This document shows, piece after piece, positions 1-12,800 of a DNA stretch of 64,000 nt (positions are counted from its first letter, which is position 1; every line of letters begins with the position of its first letter). Source of the DNA: Lingula anatina (lineage: Eukaryota; Animalia; Brachiopoda); contig CM120645.1 of assembly GCA_051362555.1 (NCBI GenBank), forward strand, positions 20,212,001 to 20,276,000, written 5' to 3'. The notes below the pieces were generated by a model. That model saw nothing but the letters and a program-made list of their open reading frames with translations, was not told the origin of the DNA and did no database searches. Made by a program: the position numbers and the translations under genes.

Positions 1-270
1 AATCTAGCCGAAAGAAAACCGTCTTCTTGATTGGACGTCTTTTAATAAAAAGTGCCCCGGTGCACTTGTTTTCTTTGCGAAGGAGAACCATCAGTGATCA
101 GGACTGTCCAAAACATAATAAATGAAGATCATCTGAATATTCAATAACCGCGATGGACTAGATTTCCTTGCGAAGAAGAAATGCGGGAGTGATGTGAACT
201 ACTTAAATGGACCAACTGGGTCAATTTCGTAACCTTTAAAATTGATCGTCACGTTGACTGATCAAGAAGC
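1..270 (+). promoter_or_regulatory. Conserved proximal promoter/5' UTR of paralog A
   Basis: Homologous to the reverse complement of 32121-32390 and 42371-42635; TATA-like tacttaaa about 70 bp before the ATG. Confidence 0.6.
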
Positions 271-1476
271 ATGAAGACGCTGGGATTCCTCTTGTGTTGT
301 GTAGCTTTAACACGTGGTGATTTATACATCACTAATCCAAGGTAAGGCAGTAATTATATCAGGTGCATATTATTATTGGTCTTAGGTACAAGTTTCGACA
401 TTCTTGTGATTAGAACGAGTGCAATATTCCATTCAATTAGATAACTACTGATAACTCTAATCTAAAAACTTAGACATTTGCAACAAGTACAAATTGTGAT
501 TAAAGTTACTAACAGCAACAAGAATGAAAACGATTCTCTTTAAATATCTCTATCGTTTTATGTTTCCATATTCATATTTATGTAAGTATCGCTAAGACGC
601 ACGAGAAGTGCAATATTTTCAGAAATCAATCAGTTGTAATTACCATCATTATATTGTCGTGTGTTACACATGTAGAAACACATCTTTGCACCATTTCTTT
701 ATCACTCCGAGCGCTATAGAAAATATTATTTTGTCTGTTATTTCTATTTTGCTATTTTGTGTTTGACATTGCTTTAACAGATAGTACTGTTACTCCGTAT
801 CATCTGGTATGTCGTATCTGGTAAGTCACAAGAAATAATGTAACTTTATCAGTCCTCCGACCAGTCCTCCAATTCACGACGTTTTCGCAGGTGCAGGTGT
901 ACTTATAATTAATATTCAAACAGGCATAAAAATTGAGCATGATGTTAGTCTCCTTAGGTAACTTATAGATGAGTCTCGAGATAAGGATTTAGATTTGCGT
1001 GCGCATTAGAATCGTGACACGGAGTACAAAGCCCAGAAGAGCTTAAATCTTTCTGTAATAGAATCCATTTTAATAACTTTTGCTCCTTTATGTCGTTCTT
1101 TACACAGGCACCCAAGTGCGTCATTGGGTTGATAATGTGCTGTAGGGCGTTTGAATGCAGGCTGTTGGTTGATTTGAGGCATTATAACTCTTTGTGCCTT
1201 CTGTCATGTACTTTCTGATCCTTGAAATGTCTAGAGTGTCACTAAATGTTTTCCGACTTTCGCTCAATTTTGAATAATAGGTTTACGTGTGTATTGGATG
1301 TTGGGCGTGATGTTCAATTTAATGAGATATGTACATTGAGGGTTAAGCATTTATATACTGTAGCAAAAAAGTATAAAAATAAGAAAAAAGTTTTAAAATA
1401 TAAAAAAACCGAAGAGGCCGTTATTGTGAGTGACGCAAACACATATTTACATCCATATCCAAATTTACACACACAA

Positions 1477-1523
<47 letters not shown>

Positions 1524-3867
1524 GCATGTATAAATGTTTATTTATTCTTTCCAGGGGAAGTAATAATAGGCTCAATTGGTTTACCCGGGATGTGAGAAAT
1601 AACAAAAGGTAACAGTTATTTTTGCAAAAGAATTATTTTTTATAATAAAATGGTTATCATTATTCTGTCGAAACGAGAAAAATAATTAACCCTGTCACAT
1701 CCAGAATCATCTGTTTGCATAGAAATACACTGGAGGGGGCACATGTTTTTCGAGGAAAACGCATCTAATTAAAAATAGCCCACAAAAGTAATTTTACTGT
1801 GAAATATAGGACCAGAGATGGAAATGCGCTTGGTTTTGTCTCATTATGCTTGTTTAATTGCATTTTTCCCAGGGAGAAGGGGTAACCTCAAAGCCAAGGA
1901 GTGTGTGTGTGCGGGAGGGGGGGGGGGAAGGGGCGTTGAACATGGCCTGCTGTATCCGCCATTGTTAAAGTGTCAGAGAAGATATGCAGAATAAACAAAA
2001 TAGATTTTAATCTATTAAAATCTATTTTGTTTATTTTGCATATTTCACACTTAAAAGTGCTTGAGAGATCAAGCTTATGGTCTATGAAAGAATAAAGATG
2101 AAAATCATAATTTAATAAATAGTAAATAAACAGTTTTATTTTGTCTATAATCTTTTCAGGTTGTTCGATTCCCAAAATAACAACCGCGGTGGATACAATG
2201 TGGGAGACCCTATGTACTACTACGAGGGATCTACACTTAGCATAGAGTGGTACGTTGTTTTTTTTCTTAACCTCACTAACAGATGAAGGGACACGGACAT
2301 CCGCCGTTTTTTCTTTTACTAGCATATTTTCTTTGGATAATTACGGCATTTTTTCTTTCGTCCGTTGTTCACAGGCCTATGTTGTGTTTTATCCATTGTT
2401 CACGACGCTATTTTTCTATCCGTTTTCATGAAGTTACTTATTTCTATTGTCCGTTCATCGGGCCAGAAGCTTAATAAAGATAATATTTTATTGTTTTGAT
2501 ATATACCGATGATATATACCATAGAGATATTTTTCATTCCATCTGTTGATGAAAAGATCAAAGTTGAGAGCACTTCACTTAAATTCTAATAAACTTCTGA
2601 AGTATTTGGTGTTTTTATGATTAAAAGTCAATTTTACTTCAAACATCGATGACATTTATACTTAAGTTTAAACCAAAAGCACGTATGCAATTTTGATTTC
2701 AACTAAATTAATTGATCCTTATACAAGTCATTGGATGTAGCAAATAATGTGTTGTATTTAACAAAGTTTCATCATTCTTAGTAGTAGAAGCAGTTTGAGT
2801 ATCATTATTTTAATTATCAACAACGAAATTGTCTCACTTATTCTTCTTTCTATCATACTCAGGGCTAACCAGCACAGCTGCGCGGACCAGAACGCTAACT
2901 GCGAGCTTATATTGCAGTACATGTGTGATGACAAGATCAGAGACGGGGCAACGTCTTTTTCAATTGTTGACAACCAGGACCTAAATCCTGGTTTTGGAAT
3001 GCATGAGGAATGGAACCACTATTTGTACTGTCGCACTAGGCAAAGAAACAAAGGGCTTTTCTTAGCGGATCAGGTAGCATGTATAACGGAGGCTCATATT
3101 GCAGTTGTATTCTTTTTATTCTTCCGTAAATACAAGTCATGATCTCCATTAGTTTAACAGTGAAAACGTTGATGTCTATACCCTTTACTGTAATCCTGTA
3201 ATAATAAACAAATATAGTACTTAGGCTTCGTTCGTTATTGTTTTACCTTTCGTTGCGTTACAATCTAAGTATACTCATTAACTTGTTATACAGTTTTTCT
3301 AATAAGGGCTTTCGCTTACACGCTTTCGCTTACACACTTAAGTTATAAGACTTACTTCTAGATTTGGACATTATTATTACTTTTGCATTTTAAATTATTA
3401 GCCTTTAACTATTGTTATATAATAAAAAAGATAGAATAAATTACCTTGACTTAAGAAATATCTGTTAAATGTGAAGCGCTCTTTTGCATGAAACCACATG
3501 GTTTCGGACATCTTATAACAAAAAAAATAGTACCGGAAGAACAAAAATGACTGCGTTTTAACAATGTAAAAAATATATATATGTTTAACTGCAAAAATGT
3601 AAATAATGAAAACCAAAAGACAATAATAATTTAAAGAAACACAATCACAAAGTGTAAAACATAAGTAAAGTAAGCTATCTTCGTGCAGAACTTATTTCCC
3701 GCGTAGTAAAATAAACGCAAACAAAAAAATGCATACTTCCGTCGCAATCTTGTGAGAGCATCTATCGCAATCACTAACTAACATTACTGGCTGCAGTTAC
3801 ACACCCCCCCAAAATCTATCTAAGATTTTTAACAACATTAAGAGTGCATTAAATTAAATATAATACC

Positions 3868-3898
<31 letters not shown>

Positions 3899-6800
3899 TT
3901 CCAATGTAAAACTGGATTCAAAGATCAAGGAGTAAATGATAAACACAAAATAAACACTATTTGCTATCAATACATTAACCGCTGCATGTAAAGGTTATAT
4001 GTTCTACCTTAATTTCCTTTATAACTTGTTGCTTAAGGTAAATCCACATGTCACCTTAATATAGTACACTGACATACTTTCTTACACCCATAACTCACCG
4101 TTCACACCCTAGACCTATTGTGAAACTAGCTTTGTCTATTTTCCAAGTCACCGTGAAGACTGAGAACTAAAAATGAAATTACATTTTTTAAAGGACTCAT
4201 GATCTAAGTTACCAACTTAAACAGTGGGAATGAATCCAAAAAATCTATATCCTACCTTAAACAATAAAACTCACAACATCAACATTCAAACTTAACTACC
4301 AGTTTTAAACAGTTAGTCATTGAGCAACTCACTCACTTACAGTCCTAATTACATTCAGAGAGTACTAACAACTTTCAATCAAAAGCACTAACTTCTGAAT
4401 TGGTCTTTCTAAAATAACTGGCTTGGTTTCGCGTTTTCCCAGTGAATTTAAGTCATCAGTTCCTACACAAATCTTGGCCTTGCGCACTAATTTATCCTTG
4501 CTGGGAATACATTCAACCACTCTGCCTAGTGACCAACTGTTTCGCGCTACATTAGGTTCCACAACAAGAACAATATCTCCCACTGTGATATTTCTCTTAC
4601 ATCTTGTCCAGCACTGTCTCTTGTTAAGATTCTGAAGATACTCTTTCCTCCATCTGCTCCAGAACTGTTGTGTGAGAAACTGAACTCTTCTCCATCTTTT
4701 CCTGAGATACATGTCCTGAGAAACAAAATTTCCTGGGGGTGGTAGTGGCACACTGGATTTCATTGTAAGAATGTGATTAGGTGTCAGGGGCTCTGCACAC
4801 TCAGGATCATTGATATTGGCTATTGATAGAGGACGGCTGTTTACGATTGCCATTGCTTCATAAAACAGTGTGCGTAAAGATGAATCATCCAATCTACCTG
4901 GGCAGAGATTAATCACTCCTGCTAATACATTCCTTATAGTACGAATCTGTCGCTCCCATACTCCACCAACATGACTAGAATGAGGTGCATTCATAAGAAA
5001 ATCACAATCTTGATTGGCTAGGTAACAAGCTACCTTCTGAGCATCCATTTCCTTTAATGCAGCTGTGAATTCATTCTTTGCACCTACAAAATTGCTCCCT
5101 TGATCTGATCTGATCTGGCGAACTTTTCCTCTAATAGAAATGAAACATCTAAGAGCATTTATAAACGCATCTGATGACATGTCGTCCAGCATTTCAACAT
5201 GCACTGCTCTAGAACATAAACAGGTAAATAACAGACCATAGCGTTTGAACTCCTTCCTATTCTGTTTCACAATGAAAGGACCAAAGCAATCCATGGCACT
5301 ATATTCAAATGGACATGATGCTTCCACACGATCAGAAGGCAAATCTGCCATTTTCTGCTCTTCCACTGGTTTTCTCATTTTCCTGCATGTAACACATCTG
5401 TGAATAATTTCAGATGTCAGCTTCCCTCCAGCAAGGATCCAAAATCCATTGGCTCTGACTTCATTTAGAGTCATACCACGGCCCATATGACCAATGCGTT
5501 TATGAAAATGAGATACAATCAATTTTGAAACATAGCTATCCTTGGATAATATTACTGGATGCTGAACAGAAAAGGCAAAACTTGATTGTCCTAGCCTTCC
5601 TCCCACACGAATTACTCCTTTATTGTCTTTAAAGGGGTTCAATGTTGAACTAGGAGGTTTTCCCTCGAACTTCTGTTCTTGAGCTAATTTTATCAAGAAT
5701 GTGGTCGTTTCTTGCCTTTCCTCTTCTGAAGTGAGACTTGCATTTTTGATACCTCTTGCTCTTCTTTTGAGCCTTGCAATTGCTCTGACTGCTCTAGACC
5801 AATCTGAAAATTTCTCGAGTCTTTCTATCATGGATTTCTTTTCTACTGTCTGTGTACTCCTTACAGAAGACATTTTGATCTCTGGGTCCATTTCTGGTAA
5901 CTGTACATCATTGTGGGGCATGTCAGCCATCTCTAAATCAGGATTCCAAAGAAATCTTGGTCCTGTAAACCAGGTGGAGTCTCTCAACTTCTCCACTGAC
6001 AAACCTCTTGATGCGTGATCTGCAGGGTTGTCTTCACTTCTTACATAGTGCCATTGCTGTGGGGAAGTTGCTTCTTTGATCAACTCTACTCTGTTGGCTA
6101 CATATATTTTAAATCTGCGTGTGTCATTGTTTATGTAACCTAGCACAATCCTTGAATCTGTCCAAAAATAATGACGGTACTTCTCTGTCATCTCAGATTC
6201 AAGAACTTTGCTCATTTTGAGAGAGACTACTGCAGCATTGAGCTCCAATCTTGGTAGGGTGATAACCTTCAATGGAGTTACTCTGGCCTTTGACATGACA
6301 AGAGAACAATGTACTTCGTTTTTCTCGTTCACAAGTCGTATATAAGAACATTGTCCATATCCAGATAAACTCGCATCAGAGAAATGATGAAGTTCTCTTC
6401 GCGTTACTGTTCCAAAGTTCTTTGGTATAAAACACCGGGCCACCTTGATAGTTTGAATATCCTTCAATTCTTCAGACCATTTTTCCCACTGTGGCATAAG
6501 ATCATTGGAAAGTTCTTCATCCCATGCAGAATTCTCTTTACACATTTGTTGCAATATCTGCTTCCCAATAAGAATAAATGGGGATAGAAAGCCTTGAGGA
6601 TCATACACGGATGCCACTGTAGATAGCACTCCCCTGCGTGTTTTTGCCTTGACTTCACTGGTAAAAGCTCTGTACTGAAAAACATCATCTTCTACATTCC
6701 ACTGTAATCCCAATGCAGTGGAAACTGGCAATCTGTCTTTATTCAAATCCACACCATTCACCTCTGTAGCACGCTCAGACTCTGGGACCGTTTCTAATAC

Positions 6801-9800
6801 CTCCCTGCTATTGGACAAGAACTTGTGCAATCGTATGCCTCCACTGGCACACAATTTCCTTGCCTGATCGATAATCTGAATGGCGGTATCTGCGTCATCA
6901 GAGCTGGTCAAACCATCATCAACATAGAAGTGATGCTTAATAAATTCTGCTGCCAATGGGTATTCATTCTCATAACTTTTAGCAAGATATTTCAAACCAA
7001 AATTGGCACAACCAGGCGATGAAGTAGCCCCAAAAAGATGTACTTTCATCCTGAATACCGTTGGCTCCTTGGTAATGTCACCATTTTTCCACCACAGAAA
7101 TCGCAGGTAATTTCTGTCGTTATCTTGCACTAGGAATTGATGAAACATTTTTTCAATATCACATGCTACTGCCACTGGGTGTTCTCTAAATCTAATCAAA
7201 ACTCCTAGAAGGCTACTTGTTAAGTCGGGACCACTTAGTAAATGTTGATTAAGTAAGTTTGTTTGTAAGTTGCAGAGCAATCAAATACCACACGAAGTTT
7301 TCCTTTCTGTGGATGATAAACTCCATGATGTGGCAAGTACCATACTTCTCCTTTAATGGTATCATCTGGAGCTTCTTCAGCCTCACCTCGGTCTATAATA
7401 CCTTGCACCATGCTCGTGTACGATTCACGATAACTTGGATCTCGCTCAAACTTGCGTCTCAGATGATCAAGGCGTTGGAGTGCCTGGGACTTGTTATCAG
7501 GGAGAGCTGGTCGTCTTCTGAATGGCAATGGCATCTGAATGTGACCATTATTCAACTGCTGTATATTGGTTTCTTGTACTCTCAAAAACTGCAAATCTTC
7601 TTGAGACATCTCAACTTCGGTCTTGTCGTGAACAAAATCCTTTTCTAAGGCATTAATAACGTCTCTTGGCATACAAGGAAACACCTCCTTTGTCGTCACA
7701 CGGTGACAAACTGAAGCTAAGTTATCTCTTGAAGAGCAACCAACAATACTCCACCCAAGTATAGTCTGCACTGCATATGGCTCGCTATTTCCACCAACTA
7801 GGGTCTCTCTAGGTAGCAATGCTTGTGGACAATTAAAACCAATGAGTAAACCCACATCACAAGTCTGTAGGGGAGGAATCTTGTTCAAAAGAGGCTTTAG
7901 ATGTTGCCAGTCTGATACAGTTTTTCTCGTAGGAATTTGTGTTCTGTCAGCTGGTATAAACTCCCTAGTGAATGCTTGATCAATCTCCAATGTCTCAGTA
8001 GACTTGAATCCTCTTACTCGCAATCTTCTGATTTTCTTGCTGTCTATGAGGGACTTTTGACTTGACATTGTTGATAAACTAAGTGTGGCATGCTCTGTTT
8101 CAGCATTTAAAGCAGCAGCCGTATCTTCTAATAAAAATGTAGTGTCACTCTGTGTATCTAAAAGTGCATAGGTCAACACCTCATGTTCTGGATTTTCCTG
8201 TGTAGACACCCAAACAGGCACTATCATGGTAGTGCTACTCTGACGGTGATGCTGATTGACTTTGAGAGAATTTACGCTTTGGGTTTCTCTGCTGGTAGGT
8301 GGCTGCCGTTCTTCGTGCATGCAGGTTGGATGCTTGCCCTTACAGGTACCACATACATGTTTTCTTCTGCAGTCACTGTTTCTGTGTCCCTGTCCTAAAC
8401 ATCCAAAGCACAAATTCTTTTTCACCACAAACTCCCTTTTCTTGGATATCGTTAAAGCGCCAAAGTCATGACATCTAGAGATATAATGACCTTCTTTCTC
8501 ACAATATGTGCACAATTTTTTCTCTGCTACACCAGCATTAACATTTAGAGCTCTGACCGTATCATGCACCTTGTTCACCAATGGAGAGGTAATGGGATTG
8601 CAAGCCACTTCTGATTCTTCTGACAGGAAAGCACAAAAGTCACGAAAGGAGGGGTAGCCTTCAGTCTTCATAGACCTTGTCACTTGACGATTCCATCTGT
8701 GTGATACAAACTGTGGTAGCTTGTTAACCATTTTCCTGTTTTCACTATAATCGTTCAAAACTGTGAGTCCCTTGACGTGCGGCATGGCATCACATACAGC
8801 ATTCAGAAAGTCTGAGTAGTCTCTGAGTGCATTTCCATCTTTTTCTGGAATCTTTGGCCATTTATCTAGCTTTTCTCTGAAAGACTTCTGTATCAGGAAC
8901 TCATCTCCAAACCTTTCGTTCAGCTTTCTCCAGGCATCATCAAATGCTGCTTCATCTGTTCTTAAGAAAGCTCCCTGAATCATTTTAGCAGCAGGCCCTG
9001 CTGTATACTTCCTAAGAAAAAAGAGTTTCTCAGTAGCATTGAGGGCTTTCCTTCCAATTAAGACAGAGAAGGAGTTCTTCCATTCAGGAAACAGCAATGG
9101 ATTACCTGCAAATACCTTTGGTTCTGGAACAGGTAGGCGTCCTAAAGACAAACTCTGTTGAAGAGCTTCTGTTAAACCATCGAGGGAAACTGCTGGCGTG
9201 TGATCAGTTGTGGCCATAGGCGTAGAGACTGCATGCATGTGTGCAGTTGTAGCTATGGGCACGGAAACATCAGGTGCAGACAGGGAAACTGAGGGTACAC
9301 GCACAGCTGCAGTCACAGGTAGGGAAGCAGCTGGAGTATAGACAGATGCAGTCGCAGGCACGGACATCACATGTGCATGAACAGCCGTAGTCGCTGACAC
9401 GGGAACCTCTGATGTATAAACAGCTGTAGTCGCTGACAGGGGAACCTCTGGTGGTAAGACAGTTGTAGTCACAGGCACAGAAACCTCGGGTGTATAAGCA
9501 GCTGTAGTCGCAGGCACGGACAACATATGTGCATGAATAGCTGTAGATGCTGACACGGGAACCTCTGATGTTGAAGCAACTGCAGTCACAGACACGGGAA
9601 CCTCTGATGATGAGACAGTTGCAGTCACAGGCACGGAAACCTCGGGCGTATAAACAGCTGTAGTCACAGGCAGGGAAACTGAGGGCACGCGCACAGCTGC
9701 AGTCACAGGCACGGGAACCTCAGGTGTTGTGGCAGCTGCAGACACAGGCACGGAAACCTCAGGCGTGTAAACAGCTGTAGTCACAGGCAGGGAAGCTGAG

Positions 9801-12800
9801 GGCATGTGTATCTTGTCAAACTCATTTAAAGCATCAATTTTAGCCTGAGATACACGTAAACTAGTCTGCATTTCTAAATCCTCCTCTTTAAATTTCAATT
9901 CTAACCTTGCTCGCTCCAATTCCTGCTTGACTTTCATGGCTGATGCACGAATGCTCAACTCGGCTTGTTTCTGTGCTTCCTCCAATTTCAAAAGACTTGA
10001 CGTTGAGGAGCCACGAGAACTGGTTCTTGATCTGGTACTGACTGATTTAGAGTCTTCAGTGTGCTCAGTAACTGATGATAAATTCTGCTCCATAATTCTC
10101 TTGAATTCCAATAATATTTTTCTGCGAGGCTCATCAATAACTGCTGAGTCAGAATGGCTTTGTAATTTCAACAAATTATCTTCAATTTCAAAATATTGGT
10201 CACAATTCTGCAACCATTCTGCATATTCTTCTCTGAGTAATGTCTTGCTGCCACCTTCTTTAATTATGGCATTGCACCGTTCCATAATTTTTGACAGTTC
10301 TCCAAAGAGTCGCTTACATCTTTTACCTTGTATCTCAACAGAATATTCCTTTCCCTTTTCTGTCATCGTTACAGTTCTTTTCTTCGTTAGGGAATTGGTT
10401 GACTCGTTTTCACTATAACGGAGGCTCATATTGCAGTTGTATTCTTTTTATTCTTCCGTAAATACAAGTCATGATCTCCATTAGTTTAACAGTGAAAACG
10501 TTGATGTCTATACCCTTTACTGTAATCCTGTAATAATAAACAAATATAGTACTTAGGCTTCGTTCGTTATTGTTTTACCTTTCGTTGCGTTACAATCTAA
10601 GTATACTCATTAACTTGTTATACAGTTTTTCTAATAAGGGCTTTCGCTTACACGCTTTCGCTTACACACTTAAGTTATAAGACTTACTTCTAGATTTGGA
10701 CATTATTATTACTTTTGCATTTTAAATTATTAGCCTTTAACTATTGTTATATAATAAAAAAGATAGAATAAATTACCTTGACTTAAGAAATATCTGTTAA
10801 ATGTGAAGCGCTCTTTTGCATGAAACCACATGGTTTCGGACATCTTATAACAAAAAAAATAGTACCGGAAGAACAAAAATGACTGCGTTTTAACAATGTA
10901 AAAAATATATATATGTTTAACTGCAAAAATGTAAATAATGAAAACCAAAAGACAATAATAATTTAAAGAAACACAATCACAAAGTGTAAAACATAAGTAA
11001 AGTAAGCTATCTTCGTGCAGAACTTATTTCCCGCGTAGTAAAATAAACGCAAACAAAAAAATGCATACTTCCGTCGCAATCTTGTGAGAGCATCTATCGC
11101 AATCACTAACTAACATTACTGGCTGCAGTTACAGCATGCGCTTGTATTTATCCTGGATGCAGTAACGCGCGTTTTTTTTTCTTTTCATTAAAAATAATTT
11201 TGCCATCATGTGAGGCAAGAATATGTTCCTTCTCTCATTTTCTTGCATACCCCGTCTACCGATACATTATTCAATATCGCTTTCGCGTGCAAAACTTTCA
11301 CCCTTTGTATTTTTTTCTTGCATGTCGCACGAATGCAAAGCATCACGATTTTTTTTGACATAATTTAATGTGCTTCATAAAATTTCGCATAAGAATATTT
11401 TAACTATCAATAGATACGTACGTTAATGCTTTAATTGCTTCGTCAGCTTAAGTACCGAAAGTCTTGGTCCCAAAAAATGTATGTGTCGTCTGAAAAACGT
11501 TCACGAAATATTGACATGAACTCATGCGCATGCAATGTTGAAGTACATGCTGCAGTGGATATTCAAGGAATAATACAGCTCACACCAGACGTGGTTATGA
11601 ATTTTAAACATCCAAAGTAATGTAAGATTCTTTTTTTTTTACTAAAGAATCTTAGGTTCAACGATGCTAGATTCACTCGACAGAATAATGGCGGCACCAA
11701 AAGCGGTTACGAATGCCCAGAAGAGAGAGACTACTATCCCTATTGGTACCATTCCCCTTGGAAGGTACGTATACATCGAGGTTATTTGCATATTGGGCTA
11801 AACTAGTTGTACTCGTGTTTAATTCAATATGTCCTAGCTTTGTTGTTCAAATAGAACCAAATTCGAGACCTTAAATCGCCTATACTGGTGACTCAGGTCC
11901 TTTATAATGTGGTTACTCTCCACCAGGGGTCTCTTCAGTCGTCTCTACAGCCATGTCAATATTAGACTGCATTCCTCTAACCCTATCGTACCAGCACGAT
12001 CGATTTAACACAAAGCGGATTATCGCTAATTTGCATTCAGTTTAAGCGGCTTATTTATCTACCACGCCTACTGAAGCTGCTGGCTGTAATTAACTTTCGT
12101 GCACGCTTAAATTGAATGCGATTTAGCGAAAATCCCCTCGGAACTAGATCGATCCTGCTACTACGATAGGGAATGGTCCCTTAGATGAACAACGCTCTCC
12201 ACCTTGAACACCTTGAATCCCATACGGGTCTTTTGTCCAGTTGCGTTACGAGAGAGAACCCCTGGCAGAGTGTAGGCAGTGATGCCCTCATTGCGACAAC
12301 GGCTGGATTTCAGTACCAGTTATCTTAGCTTTGTCTCGATTTTCATATTATTCCTTTTCCTTTTTGTTGGGAAAACAAGGGGTATCTCATAAGCTAAGGA
12401 GGGGAGGAACACCTGGTCCACTGCCTCCCCCCCCCCCCCCCGGGGCCGTCAATGTTCTCTTGTTTTAATATAATTATGATATTTAACTCTCCTTAAGGAC
12501 ATCGTCGTCATGACTAATAACGTTGAACGCTGCGACTATTACCAAAAAGAGAGCAACAACGTGAAGTCCAGGTGGGGGTGTGTCGTCGACAGAAACAAGC
12601 TGAATCGATTTTATCGCTGGCCTCTTTTTATCATTCCTGACAATAAAGAGGATTGTGAGGTAAGTGCCATTCATATGCCAGGAGGCAAAATTGAGGGAAG
12701 CTCAAGAAAGCTACTTATGAAATACATTTGAAACAAAACAATTTACAAGCCTATTTTATATTAATTTTCTTTCATGTTTGATCTACACTGTACAGTCATT

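Larger units (their letters stand above)
3082..11133 (-). mobile_element. Full-length BEL/Pao LTR retrotransposon (8052 bp), antisense in intron 4 of DD3-3 paralog A
   Basis: Two 720-bp direct repeats at offset 7332. 5-bp TSD GCATG at 3077-3081 and 11134-11138. G-rich PPT next to the 3' LTR. Domain order gag-PR-RT-RH-IN. Removing the element restores an intron start homologous to paralogs B and C (gtag..gctt.t.tttatc...gatgcagt). Confidence 0.97.

Noticed and set aside
1246-1533. ORFs with HT/CV, poly-I, poly-F, poly-K or poly-N runs (also 13431, 19787, 40969, 44294, 54943, 63663)
   Set aside because: They are translations of microsatellites and homopolymers.
3074-3142. LTR-derived membrane anchor from exon 4 read-through ([14 protein letters not shown])
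   Set aside because: The hydrophobic run is short, and similar tails arise from ordinary T-rich introns in B and C.
3802-4364. Possible env or extra ORF between pol and the 3' LTR
   Set aside because: AT-rich with a long homopolymer and no ORF of useful length.
7235-7280. Programmed gag-pol ribosomal frameshift
   Set aside because: The break is inside a conserved RT motif after the protease, has no canonical slippery heptamer, and is repaired by one inserted base.
9927-10418. Antisense ORFs over gag/pol and over DD3-3 exons (e.g. 5701-6018, 47552-47965, 62293-62559)
   Set aside because: They are shadows of real coding sequence with no independent motifs.
3080-11133. Alternative canonical TG...CA boundaries starting at 3080
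   Set aside because: The other LTR copy diverges before TATAAC (10414), and only the 3082 boundary gives a 5-bp TSD.
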